Positions 38,982 to 48,025 of a stretch of 55,938 bases of DNA are shown in pieces. The stretch spans positions 1-55,938 of IMG/VR virus record IMGVR_UViG_3300025098_000053. One strand, written 5' to 3'. Each line of letters opens with the position of its first letter. Positions within the stretch are counted from its first letter, which is position 1. The notes under the pieces are model-generated. The model was not told the origin of the DNA. It ran no database searches and worked only from the letters and a program-made list of their open reading frames with translations. The DNA comes from a virus. Lineage: Duplodnaviria > Caudoviricetes. A program made the position numbers and the translations under genes.

Positions 38982-41093
38982 ATGCCATCAAATTTTAATA
39001 ATTACTATTCGATAACAGATGCAACGTATGCTATTGAAATACCCAGTACAATATCAGCATTGGGGTTTGATCCTAATTTCCCATCAGCTGTGGAAGAAAC
39101 TGGATCCATCTTTACGGATGAATTTTTAGGATTTGGAAGTGTTGTGCCTCAAAACCTTCCAGAATTAGACGCAACAGAAGCAATAAGAACTGCACAAGAT
39201 GTAGCAGCACAAAACCTTGGATTTGTAAGAGGCATTCCTGATATTGGTTTTGGTGGTGTAAGTTTTGAAGGTGCAGAATCAGATTTAAATTTTGATGTTG
39301 ATCCAAACTTCCAAAACATATTAGATGACGTTGATTGGGATGCATTTCCTCGAGGATGGGGAGAACCTGATCCACCCAAAGGCCACACAAGCAGCACAGT
39401 TTTTGGTGAATTTAACAAAGGCCAAAAAGATATTTCTGATAATGGTGGCGATGTAGTTGTTATAAACGCTGATTTTAAAAGAGTTTTTAATCAACCTAAC
39501 TTCCAAGGGCCAATGGGGCCATTCGTTGTAACGCTTGAAAGTGAAACAACAGGAATTAGATATCCTTCATTTAGTGGTATTCCCACACAGAGTTTGCTTT
39601 TATATACAACCATAAATCAAGATAAGTTATATTTCTGCACACATCCAATGCCAAAAGGACGTTATCAAGTTAATGTTCAGTTTAGAAATGGCAATGGTTT
39701 TTGGGATAGAATATATTTAAACAATGCATTATTGGTTGTGCAAAGAAATAGAAATGATGCAACAATGGGTGTGAGAGCAGCATTACCAAGCTTCTGGAAT
39801 GCAGGAGAAAGATCTGATAACTTTACTCCACCCGTTCCATATGTAAAAGGAAGTGAAAGTAATAATGCCATATTAACTTCAGCCATTGCAGAAACAACAA
39901 ACTATATGATCGATTCTGATTATACAGTTACGACAACAGAATTATTTCCGGTTGATATCCCAAACCCAGGCAATTATATAATACAGGTTGAAAGCACAAA
40001 AGGTTTTCCACCGTTTGGCCAAGTTAATATTGGTGGTGATGTTTATGATTTTGAAGTTAAAACAGAAACTGCATTGGTTCTTAATGAATATACAACAGGC
40101 CAAATAAAGAAAAGGTTGCCAAAAGGCACCAAAGTTAATATAAATCACATGGAATATTCTGAAATAGAGAATATTTATAAGCGACAAAACTTTAATATTC
40201 GCAAACCAGGGTTTGAAATGACCGATACAAATTGGCTTGCAGCATTTAGAAGAGTTTATCAAGGTGCATTTAATACACAAGCAACGTTATTCAATTACTT
40301 CTTTCATCTTTTCAGAGGAGTTAATGTAAGATTTTGTGCAACTGTTGCAAATGGTAGATTAATGAATGTAATAAATCCTTCATTATATCAGGGAATTTAT
40401 GATGCATTGCCTTTTGATATACAAGAAAACTTAAAAGTTAATTTAAATACACCTTTAAATACAGCACATGAACGTCGTCCAATGATCGTTTCAAGAGAAC
40501 CTATATTTGATTTGAATAGAGATGAATTATATTACACAAATGGTATTATAAAATCTGAAGGATTTGGATTTATATTGGAGCCAAATGATAGTGCATACTG
40601 GAGAGGCGCATATGGTTATTTAAACCTTAATGAAGATGGACGTCCAGTTGATGAAAACGGTGTTGTTTTGGAAGATATTGATGCTTCTCAAGCAAATGTT
40701 ACAAATCCAAACTTACGTGAAGTAAGAATTCCACCTGTTGATGAAAATGGTGAGCAGATTATATACTTCTGTGAAATATTACCATGGTTCTGGACGCAAG
40801 ATAGTGGTGGAAGATTTGAATTAGAATTAGATGATAGTGTATTAAACGTTATATCGAGCATGATTGATATTAACTTCATTGATTTTGATATATTCCTTGA
40901 TTCAATTGCAAGAAACGAATCAAACGTTGTAAGTGATCTTGGTTTAAATGATTTATTATCCAGTGGTGTTATAGGTAGAATTACAAAAAGAAGCAGAGGT
41001 GGGGAATTTGGAACACACGTTGAACCTAATGCTAATCCTGCCTTGGTTGATATAGACGTTTCAAATAACTTTATATTAGATCCAACGGAGTAA
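38982..41093 (+). CDS. Putative baseplate/tail structural protein
   Basis: 703 aa; IQVESTKGFPPFGQVNIG beta-domain; AAGGAG RBS. Confidence 0.5.
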   Translation: MPSNFNNYYSITDATYAIEIPSTISALGFDPNFPSAVEETGSIFTDEFLGFGSVVPQNLPELDATEAIRTAQDVAAQNLGFVRGIPDIGFGGVSFEGAESDLNFDVDPNFQNILDDVDWDAFPRGWGEPDPPKGHTSSTVFGEFNKGQKDISDNGGDVVVINADFKRVFNQPNFQGPMGPFVVTLESETTGIRYPSFSGIPTQSLLLYTTINQDKLYFCTHPMPKGRYQVNVQFRNGNGFWDRIYLNNALLVVQRNRNDATMGVRAALPSFWNAGERSDNFTPPVPYVKGSESNNAILTSAIAETTNYMIDSDYTVTTTELFPVDIPNPGNYIIQVESTKGFPPFGQVNIGGDVYDFEVKTETALVLNEYTTGQIKKRLPKGTKVNINHMEYSEIENIYKRQNFNIRKPGFEMTDTNWLAAFRRVYQGAFNTQATLFNYFFHLFRGVNVRFCATVANGRLMNVINPSLYQGIYDALPFDIQENLKVNLNTPLNTAHERRPMIVSREPIFDLNRDELYYTNGIIKSEGFGFILEPNDSAYWRGAYGYLNLNEDGRPVDENGVVLEDIDASQANVTNPNLREVRIPPVDENGEQIIYFCEILPWFWTQDSGGRFELELDDSVLNVISSMIDINFIDFDIFLDSIARNESNVVSDLGLNDLLSSGVIGRITKRSRGGEFGTHVEPNANPALVDIDVSNNFILDPTE

Positions 41094-41374
41094 TGATGAA
41101 TAAGGAAAAAAAAGTGCTTTCGCCAATGCAAAGCAAAAAGTTTTTGGCTTATCTTTTCGCTGATATAGGCTGGAAAGCTATTATTTTATATCAGTTAATG
41201 CACCTTAAAGGAAAATTGGAGTTAAATGAACTCACATTCCTTATAACAACTGTTATTACAGCAGGTGTAATACAAATCGGGTATATTTTAGGGCAAAACA
41301 GCCTTGATAAATACCTAAGTTCAGCTGTGGAGATATTTGATAGGGACGAAAAGCCTCCTAAAAAAGAGGATTAA
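41093..41374 (+). CDS. Two-TM holin-like protein
   Basis: SKKFLA start, two hydrophobic segments, YILGQ..LD, charged C-terminus. Confidence 0.6.
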   Translation: MMNKEKKVLSPMQSKKFLAYLFADIGWKAIILYQLMHLKGKLELNELTFLITTVITAGVIQIGYILGQNSLDKYLSSAVEIFDRDEKPPKKED

Positions 41375-41375
41375 A

Positions 41376-41567
41376 ATGATTTTTGATGAAACAACGGTTT
41401 GTGGATTATGCAAAGAAGCTCAATGCATTTGTACTATTTATAAATGCCCTTGTGGAAAGCTTGAAACAAATTGTAAATGGCCGCTTGATGATAAATGCCC
41501 CTGTAGAATATGTGATGAATTAGCAATAAACTGTTCTTGCCATAAACCTTTGGAGGAGGAACAATGA
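41376..41567 (+). CDS. Cys-rich metallothionein-like peptide
   Basis: 63 aa from MIFDET with GAGG RBS; 12 Cys mostly in CxC/CxxC. Confidence 0.65.
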   Translation: MIFDETTVCGLCKEAQCICTIYKCPCGKLETNCKWPLDDKCPCRICDELAINCSCHKPLEEEQ

Positions 41568-42238
41568 AAAAGTTTTTATTATGGTTATCTATCGTTGTGA
41601 TATATAGCTATATCAATTTAATACAAATATTCCCTTCATGGGCGCAAAGTTATGAATGTGATAACAATTTTGAAGATTGTGGCACACCAGAACAAAGCGG
41701 TGGCGGTGGAGGAGGAGGATCTGTTTTAATAGCAAACACCGATTTAGGTGATAGTTATCAACATGCAGATGATTATGATGATGATGGCGTTGAAGATCCA
41801 TCTGATAATTGTATGAGGTATCCCAATCCACAGCAATTAGATCGTGATGGTGATGGGATAGGTGATGCATGCGATAATTGTATGGATTTACATAACATAT
41901 ATCAGGACGATGCAGATGGAGATGGATGGGGTGATTTCTGTGATGACGACATTGATGGTGATCAGATTGAAAACGTCGTTGATGAATGCCCATATATGTA
42001 TGGTAATTCGTTTTGCTTCGAAGAAATAAACAGAGAGCATCCTCGTGATTCTGATCAATACATTCAACCAGTTTGGAAGAGTGATAAATTAGAAAACCAT
42101 ACAAATGATCTTGATGAATCCGGAGATGGTTGTAATCAAGCATATAATAAGAAAAAAGGCTCATGGATTTGGTGGGCGTTTTTTGGATGGGTTTGTTATT
42201 TATTTTCAAGATGGGAAAACATACATAAAAAGGATTAA
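41564..42238 (+). CDS. Thrombospondin type-3 repeat surface protein with MYXO-CTERM-like anchor
   Basis: Signal peptide, DxDxDG..D..DNC repeats, C-terminal GDGC + TM + basic residues. Confidence 0.85.
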   Translation: MKKFLLWLSIVVIYSYINLIQIFPSWAQSYECDNNFEDCGTPEQSGGGGGGGSVLIANTDLGDSYQHADDYDDDGVEDPSDNCMRYPNPQQLDRDGDGIGDACDNCMDLHNIYQDDADGDGWGDFCDDDIDGDQIENVVDECPYMYGNSFCFEEINREHPRDSDQYIQPVWKSDKLENHTNDLDESGDGCNQAYNKKKGSWIWWAFFGWVCYLFSRWENIHKKD

Positions 42239-42241
42239 AAA

Positions 42242-43093
42242 ATGAATTTGCCAGATGATAATATTGTAGAAGCTGATATAGCTATTGTTTTGACCGATAT
42301 TATTGGAAGCACAGCATTTGTGCAAAGAAATGGCAAACATGCTGCAGCAAAATGGTTTTCTGCACATGATAAACTTGTAATGAGTTTAATAACAAAACAC
42401 GGTGGGCAGTGGTTGGATAATTCAGATGGAACTTTAATGTATTTTGGTAATGTGCCAGATGCTATTGCTTTTGGATTTGCATATAAAAAGTTTTTAAGAA
42501 AGAAAAAGTTTCCATTTAGGAGTAGGATTGGCATTCACTGGGATAGTATGCTCATTGTAAAAACAGAACAGAGTTTAGTTTCCGGTGGAGCAAAGAGATT
42601 AGCCATCGAAGGTATTGGAAAAAATATTGCTGCAAGAACAATGAGCCTTTGTGGCCCTGAACAAATATTACTTTCACATACAGCATATACAATATTTAAA
42701 CAATACGGGCATCGAAATCCATTTATACCTAAAAAAGCATTATCAGCACTTGTAGGTTTATATAAATTTAAAGGTGTTGCAGAACCTGAGCGTATTTATG
42801 CTATAGGTTTAATAACAGAACAAATGCAACCGCCTAAAGATAGTGAAAAAGCAAAGCGAATTGGTGGCGCAAAGAAAATAAAAACAAGAATGAAACATAA
42901 ACGATGGAGTGAGATCTTCTTTTATTTTTATTGGAGGATTGGATTCATTGCTTTTTGTTATTGGATCTGGGTTTTCTGGCCATTATTAACATCTTCACAG
43001 ATGAAAAGCAGTTGGAATATTGATTATTGGTTTTTACGTCCGTTTGAGGCGATAGATTATTTAATATGTTTTATCAAGGATAACATAAAATGA
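42242..43093 (+). CDS. Class III nucleotide cyclase with C-terminal TM
   Basis: LTDIIGST, DNSDG, RIGIH, NIAAR, QILLS and FKG..EP motifs. Confidence 0.9.
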   Translation: MNLPDDNIVEADIAIVLTDIIGSTAFVQRNGKHAAAKWFSAHDKLVMSLITKHGGQWLDNSDGTLMYFGNVPDAIAFGFAYKKFLRKKKFPFRSRIGIHWDSMLIVKTEQSLVSGGAKRLAIEGIGKNIAARTMSLCGPEQILLSHTAYTIFKQYGHRNPFIPKKALSALVGLYKFKGVAEPERIYAIGLITEQMQPPKDSEKAKRIGGAKKIKTRMKHKRWSEIFFYFYWRIGFIAFCYWIWVFWPLLTSSQMKSSWNIDYWFLRPFEAIDYLICFIKDNIK

Positions 43094-43218
43094 AAAACAG
43101 CAGCATTCTGGAAATCTTCTGGATAACGTTTTTATTAGGAGTTATATTAACACAACTTTATTTTACACATAAAGAGTTAGGAGATCCAAGTGGTATCGAA
43201 AAAGCCAGAAGAATGTAA
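43090..43218 (+). CDS. 42-aa single-TM peptide
   Basis: MKNSSILEIFWITFLLGVILTQLYF...; overlaps the cyclase stop; AAGGA RBS. Confidence 0.5.
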   Translation: MKNSSILEIFWITFLLGVILTQLYFTHKELGDPSGIEKARRM

Positions 43219-43657
43219 AAAAGAAGTAGCGCAAGAAAAAAGAGAAACACGTGGTTGGATATTTGCTGTTGTGTTTCTCTTTATTATTATAATGTTGATT
43301 ATATTTCTTGCTTACGTAGATTTTAAGGAAAGCAATAGGGACGTTCTTGTTGGTTTGTTTGGTGTATTATTTGGTAATATTCCTCACATGATAACGATAG
43401 CAAGTGGTAGGAGCCCTGAAGAATTGGATGATTTAAAAGATAAACTTGGATCGGCAAATGCAGATCGTCAAGCACTTATCTCAAGATTACGTGATTCACA
43501 AATACAACTTCAGCTTGCAAGGCAACAAATATTTGAGTTGCAAAATGCTGTAATTGAAGAACTTTCTATGTTTAGAGGAAAGAAACCAATTAAAAGTTTG
43601 CATGAGAATGATGTAATATTGCCTGATTTGGTTGATGAGTGGTCGCCAAAAAAATAA
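43190..43657 (+). CDS. Two-TM plus coiled-coil membrane protein
   Basis: GTG start with AGGAG RBS; two TM segments flanking NRD, then heptads. Confidence 0.75.
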   Translation: MVSKKPEECKKEVAQEKRETRGWIFAVVFLFIIIMLIIFLAYVDFKESNRDVLVGLFGVLFGNIPHMITIASGRSPEELDDLKDKLGSANADRQALISRLRDSQIQLQLARQQIFELQNAVIEELSMFRGKKPIKSLHENDVILPDLVDEWSPKK

Positions 43658-43720
43658 ATAAACAAAAGATGTTTATAATATATAATAAATGAATCAATAA
43701 ATCGTTGAAAGGATTTAAAA

Positions 43721-44053
43721 ATGAAAAAACTATTACTCGTACTATTTATGCTCTTCCCATTTACAGCATGTGAGAAGGAAGAGAAAGAACAAAAAGAGCC
43801 TGTCGTCCGTGAGGAAATGGATGCACAGCCTTGTGTAGAAGAAGAGGAAGGTGATATGGGCCTGGAGGGTGGCATGGAAATGGAAGAAGGCGGAGAACAA
43901 GCTGGTGTAGAAGAAGAAGATATGGCTGGCGACCAAGATGTATCTGGTGGTGAAGAGGATGAGCCTGAGTTACCAGTTGCTGGTGAAATGATGCCTGAAG
44001 AAATGCCTGAGGAAGGTGGTCAAATGGATGAGGAGGAAGATCCGGGCGAATAA
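43721..44053 (+). CDS. Acidic disordered lipoprotein
   Basis: MKK + hydrophobic stretch + FTAC lipobox-like site; E/G/M-rich. Confidence 0.75.
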   Translation: MKKLLLVLFMLFPFTACEKEEKEQKEPVVREEMDAQPCVEEEEGDMGLEGGMEMEEGGEQAGVEEEDMAGDQDVSGGEEDEPELPVAGEMMPEEMPEEGGQMDEEEDPGE

Positions 44054-44109
44054 ACTTTTCCATAAAAAAACGTCCTCTGTTATATAGTTATTAATATAAG
44101 GAGGACGTT

Positions 44110-44259
44110 ATGAATAAAAACTTATTTATCTTACCTAATGGCGACAAAGCCAAAATATATAGGAAAATCAGTAATATAAGAACCGCACAGGGTTCAGTAA
44201 AAACGTTATACGTTCTCTTTCTTTTGAAAGATAATTCTTGCGTTATACATCTGGATTAG
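44110..44259 (+). CDS. 49-aa hypothetical protein
   Basis: AAGGAGG RBS; MNKNLFILPNGDKAKIY... Confidence 0.6.
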   Translation: MNKNLFILPNGDKAKIYRKISNIRTAQGSVKTLYVLFLLKDNSCVIHLD

Positions 44260-44503
44260 CTGCGGTTTTTTTATGCGCAAGTTTTGCATTATAAACTTCA
44301 ACAGTAATATCTTTTTTATATTCCACAAGATCATCAATCATCAGTTGAAGATTCATTGTATTTTCCAATGTTTTCTCTTCCGTTGCAATAATCTGTGATA
44401 AAACATGCTGTTGAAATTGGCTGCTTTGTCGTAAAAAATAAATTGTTAGAAACAAAGAAACGAGTGATAGCAACGAAAGTGCTGATAGTATAATTGTAAT
44501 CAT
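44243..44503 (-). CDS. Single-TM hypothetical protein
   Basis: N-terminal TM; AGGAG RBS. Confidence 0.7.
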   Translation of the reverse strand: MITIILSALSLLSLVSLFLTIYFLRQSSQFQQHVLSQIIATEEKTLENTMNLQLMIDDLVEYKKDITVEVYNAKLAHKKTAANPDV

Positions 44504-44514
44504 TTGAAGATCTC

Positions 44515-44934
44515 CTAATGGTAAGTTATCTTATCTTTTTCATTAAGCCAACGGTGAGCAAAATCTTTATCACGAGATGTTGGAGATGTTTCGTCAGCAA
44601 ACTTAAATTTATCGCTATGGAAATCATCAATAAACTGCCAAACTTCCTTGTGGTTTAAAACAGCAGTTGTTTTTTCAAGGTTCTTTTGAACTTGAGCAGT
44701 AAGTATATCATTTTCATCCAATGATTTTTTCAATTGTTCTGCACAGTTAAATAGATTTATACAATCTTGATTGTTTGCAGCAAAGATAATGAAATCCATC
44801 ATTGTTTTAGGTTTTGCAAATTCTTCACCATGCAATTCAGTATCCTGAGGAATATCCACAATCAAATTACCATCTTCAGTAAGATGTATAGAACCCCAAA
44901 TAGGTTTCTCATTTATTTTATCACTCATTACCAC
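44515..44934 (-). CDS. Hypothetical protein
   Basis: Coupled minus-strand ORF; probable start MSDK. Confidence 0.7.
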   Translation of the reverse strand: MVMSDKINEKPIWGSIHLTEDGNLIVDIPQDTELHGEEFAKPKTMMDFIIFAANNQDCINLFNCAEQLKKSLDENDILTAQVQKNLEKTTAVLNHKEVWQFIDDFHSDKFKFADETSPTSRDKDFAHRWLNEKDKITYH

Positions 44935-45122
44935 TTACCAATCCATGAAAAATCTGATTCACCAACTGATCCTTTAACGAAATGAACAACATTTACAAAA
45001 TCTGATGGAAATGAAACATCTTGTAGTTTCTTTTTCTTTGCATCATACTTCTCAATTGCACCAACAATTTCTTCAAGTTTTTCCATGTAATATTTACGTT
45101 CTGCATCACTTGCAATCTTCAT
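44928..45122 (-). CDS. Hypothetical protein
   Basis: AAGGAG RBS; TATAATTA at 45173-45180. Confidence 0.7.
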   Translation of the reverse strand: MKIASDAERKYYMEKLEEIVGAIEKYDAKKKKLQDVSFPSDFVNVVHFVKGSVGESDFSWIGKW

Positions 45123-45188
45123 AATCTCTCCTTAGTGTTATTAATTATTATATGTTTTATTTTTTGTTTGTTTAATTATATTTTGGAT

Positions 45189-45277
45189 CACGACGTTGAT
45201 CCCTGTTTGATGTTTTTCATTTACTTGATAGTTTATATAAACAATGCACACCATGTTTGTAGAGTTAAATCCTCGTA
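45189..45277 (+). repeat. 89-bp bipartite element, copy E
   Basis: CACGACGTTGATCCCTGTTTGA...AGAGTTAAATCCTCGTA. Confidence 0.8.
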
Positions 45278-45294
45278 TCTGTAATAATCATAAA

Positions 45295-45825
45295 TCATAT
45301 CATTCTCTCCAATTTCTGTAATAGATCTTCGTGTGTTTCAAAACAAGGTGAAGCACGTTCTTTGTTGTAAAATTTAAAAGCTTTATCTTTGTTGATAAAT
45401 CCACAAACTTCATATGTATTTCTATTAAGTTTCTTTACCAAACAATAAATATCAGAAGCATATTTTTTTCTATGCCTTGGGATTAATAAATGTGCATGAA
45501 ACAATGTTTTAGTTGTTTTAACTTCAAGAGAATGTTTATTTCCATTCTTATCCTCAAAAACAAAATCCCATTTATCATCTTTTGATTTTCTGCTTTGAAC
45601 ATCTCTTGTTGAATCATCAAGAATTTTATAATTATATTTTTCTAAAAACTTCTTGATTACCCACTCACCTGATAAACCTAAAACATCACGTTTGTGTGTT
45701 TTTGGTGCAGGTTTATTTCCCCAAGAGTATTGCCTTGAGTTCTTCTTTGCATTTTCAAATCTTTGTTTTGCTAAAGAATCAATTTCTTTAAGCTCTGATG
45801 TCGTAAGATTTATTAGTAATCTCAT
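45295..45825 (-). CDS. PD-(D/E)XK endonuclease-like protein
   Basis: GLSGE...WDF...LEVKT catalytic pattern. Confidence 0.75.
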   Translation of the reverse strand: MRLLINLTTSELKEIDSLAKQRFENAKKNSRQYSWGNKPAPKTHKRDVLGLSGEWVIKKFLEKYNYKILDDSTRDVQSRKSKDDKWDFVFEDKNGNKHSLEVKTTKTLFHAHLLIPRHRKKYASDIYCLVKKLNRNTYEVCGFINKDKAFKFYNKERASPCFETHEDLLQKLERMI

Positions 45826-45969
45826 ATTCTTAAATAACTTTCTGATACTGTAGAAATTAGTATCTTATATACTGAAATATAATAACTATTGTTATTTCTT
45901 AATATTAAGTATGTAGTTACTTTAGTTTTTATATAAATTAATTTAAATTATTTTATTTAATCTGAAAAT

Positions 45970-46185
45970 GTATTTAAGTTATTTAAGTTAAACTTTAAGT
46001 TATTTAAGTTAATTGTTTATATTAAGTTGTTTTAAGTTGAGGTACGAAACTTAAATAAAATCTTAATTAGTATTAATAACTTCTGATGATGAATTTAAGT
46101 TGAGTGTAACGAAATCTTAAATGAAGAAGAAGAAGGGATATAGGGTAGTAGAAGAAGTAGGTGGCCGGGCGCGTACGCGTAGGGA
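45970..46185. repeat. Third TTAAGTT field, origin candidate
   Basis: Iterated TTAAGTT, 28-bp hairpin copy at 46032-46059, variant at 46095-46120, purine tract, CGCGTACGCG palindrome. Confidence 0.7.
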
Positions 46186-46322
46186 AGCAACTTTTCAATC
46201 TCTCTTCAAAACCCTTATGTTTTATATAATAACAAATTTACAATGCAATTTACAAAATAAAAAAATAAATAGTTAAAATACTATATTTCAGTATATAATT
46301 ACTTGATGAAAGGAATTGAAAT

Positions 46323-47087
46323 ATGTTTGAGTTAGTAAATAAAAACAAAGAGTATGTTAAACAACTTCAGGAAGAAATTGGAGTGCATGCTGACGGAATA
46401 TTTGGCAAGGGATCTTTGAAAGCTGCGGAGGAATATTATGGTGGCCCAGTAATTGCACATATGGGTAAAATTGTACCAATCCCAGGAGCATCATATGTTG
46501 TTGATCACAAACATTCATTATGGCAGCTGCCAGATGGCACCAGAAATCATCGAATGCGTAAAGGTGATGCTTCATCCATATGCGTTCATTGGGGTGGCTT
46601 AAACGTAAAACATTGTTATATGGTGTTTTTTGGTGCAAAGGATCGTCATGTATCTTCACACTTTGGAATTGGATGGGATCCAGTTGAAGAAAGATATGAA
46701 ATTGATCAATGGCTTGATACTGGTGTAGTTGCATATCATGCAGGAAAGTTTAATGGTTATTCAATAGGGATTGATATTACACAACATCCATCACCTAAAT
46801 ACCTCAAACATACACAAAAGTTTTATCCTGATGCACAAGTAATACCCAATCCTTCAGGGAGAGGCCCAAGTGAATGTGTTGATTTAGATCCAGAAATTGC
46901 AAGAATCGCATCTGAGTTTATTGAGGATTTAAGAAAGATTGCAGAATTGGATCATAAACCTAAATGTTTGGATGAAGAAGTATATTCTGTAAAAGATGCA
47001 TCAAAGTTTTCCGTTGTTGGGCATCACAATTTAAGTAAAAATAAATGGGATTGTGCTCCTTGGATGGAAGAATTATATGGAAATTAA
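46323..47087 (+). CDS. Endolysin: PG-binding domain plus Zn amidase
   Basis: VKQLQ..G..ADGIFG; CVH, SSHF, AYHAG..N..SIGID, VGH and DC motifs. Confidence 0.88.
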   Translation: MFELVNKNKEYVKQLQEEIGVHADGIFGKGSLKAAEEYYGGPVIAHMGKIVPIPGASYVVDHKHSLWQLPDGTRNHRMRKGDASSICVHWGGLNVKHCYMVFFGAKDRHVSSHFGIGWDPVEERYEIDQWLDTGVVAYHAGKFNGYSIGIDITQHPSPKYLKHTQKFYPDAQVIPNPSGRGPSECVDLDPEIARIASEFIEDLRKIAELDHKPKCLDEEVYSVKDASKFSVVGHHNLSKNKWDCAPWMEELYGN

Positions 47088-47293
47088 CACTTGAGCCAGC
47101 ACCATCAAAAAAAAGTTAAAAATAAATAGTCAATGAAAATCAACACTTAACAAAAAAATATAAAATAATTGTAAAAAAATTTAACAGTTTGCTCCACTCC
47201 CTTATAGTTAGTAGTGTTAGGCAAAAAAACAAAACCTAACAACAGCCTCAAAAACACACAAAAACAAACTAAGCTTAAAAGGAGCAATAAATT

Positions 47294-48025
47294 ATGTGTA
47301 ACAATACTTTCGTTAAAACAGAAAAACAATTCCAAGATGTAGTTGAACTAATGGGCGACCTCAATCCTGATCATACACCAGAAGAAGTGCTTGTGATGGC
47401 AACCAATTATACAGTTTATTTCAACAGTGATAGATCAAACCGTGTATCACATACAGATGTTACAACACCTTGCCAATTTCATTTAAAAGAAGATGGAACT
47501 CCATTTTCAATTGGCGCACAAAAAGCACAAGCCAGAAGAAATCTTGAGGCACATGTTGGAATGGCAAAACCTTTTGGAGCAAGATGGCATGTTGCACATC
47601 TTTGTGAAAACTGCAGCAGTGCAAAACAAATCTGTGTTAATCCAGAACATCTTTATTTCGCAACTCCAAAAGAGAATCACCATGATGTTGATCGTTTAGG
47701 TAATCCAACAGGTGCTTTAAAATCTGCTGTAACTAATAAGGCAAATAAAACTGGATGTTTTCATAATCCAAAAGTTCGTCATAAAGCACAAAAGCTTGGT
47801 GGTATTGCTGGATCAAGATCTCAAATGAAATCTGGGAATCACAATACAATGAAGAAAGATAAAACATGCAAATACTGTTTCTCACAACATTCAGCATTCC
47901 ACATCAATCAACATGAAGCAAGATGTGCAAAGAAAAGAGGATTAGTATCTCATATGCCAAGAGCAACAAGAACAAATCCTAATCCGGAAATGATTTACTT
48001 TCCAGAAAATTTGTTAGCTTCATAA
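47294..48025 (+). CDS. His-Me (Zn-binding loop) HNH-type endonuclease
   Basis: VAHLC...CVNPEHL..T..EN..D; C-terminal CxxC...H...C. Confidence 0.8.
   Translation: MCNNTFVKTEKQFQDVVELMGDLNPDHTPEEVLVMATNYTVYFNSDRSNRVSHTDVTTPCQFHLKEDGTPFSIGAQKAQARRNLEAHVGMAKPFGARWHVAHLCENCSSAKQICVNPEHLYFATPKENHHDVDRLGNPTGALKSAVTNKANKTGCFHNPKVRHKAQKLGGIAGSRSQMKSGNHNTMKKDKTCKYCFSQHSAFHINQHEARCAKKRGLVSHMPRATRTNPNPEMIYFPENLLAS

Noticed and set aside
36893-41093. Diversity-generating retroelement or invertible fibre cassette
   Set aside because: No reverse transcriptase, recombinase or template/variable repeat pair seen
42242-43657. Pycsar or CBASS call
   Set aside because: The cyclase is TM-anchored and the 2-TM neighbour shows no recognisable Pycsar or CBASS effector motif; kept only as an analogy
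47128-47150. IHF site
   Set aside because: AATCAACACTTA is one base short of the WATCAANNNNTTR consensus and occurs once
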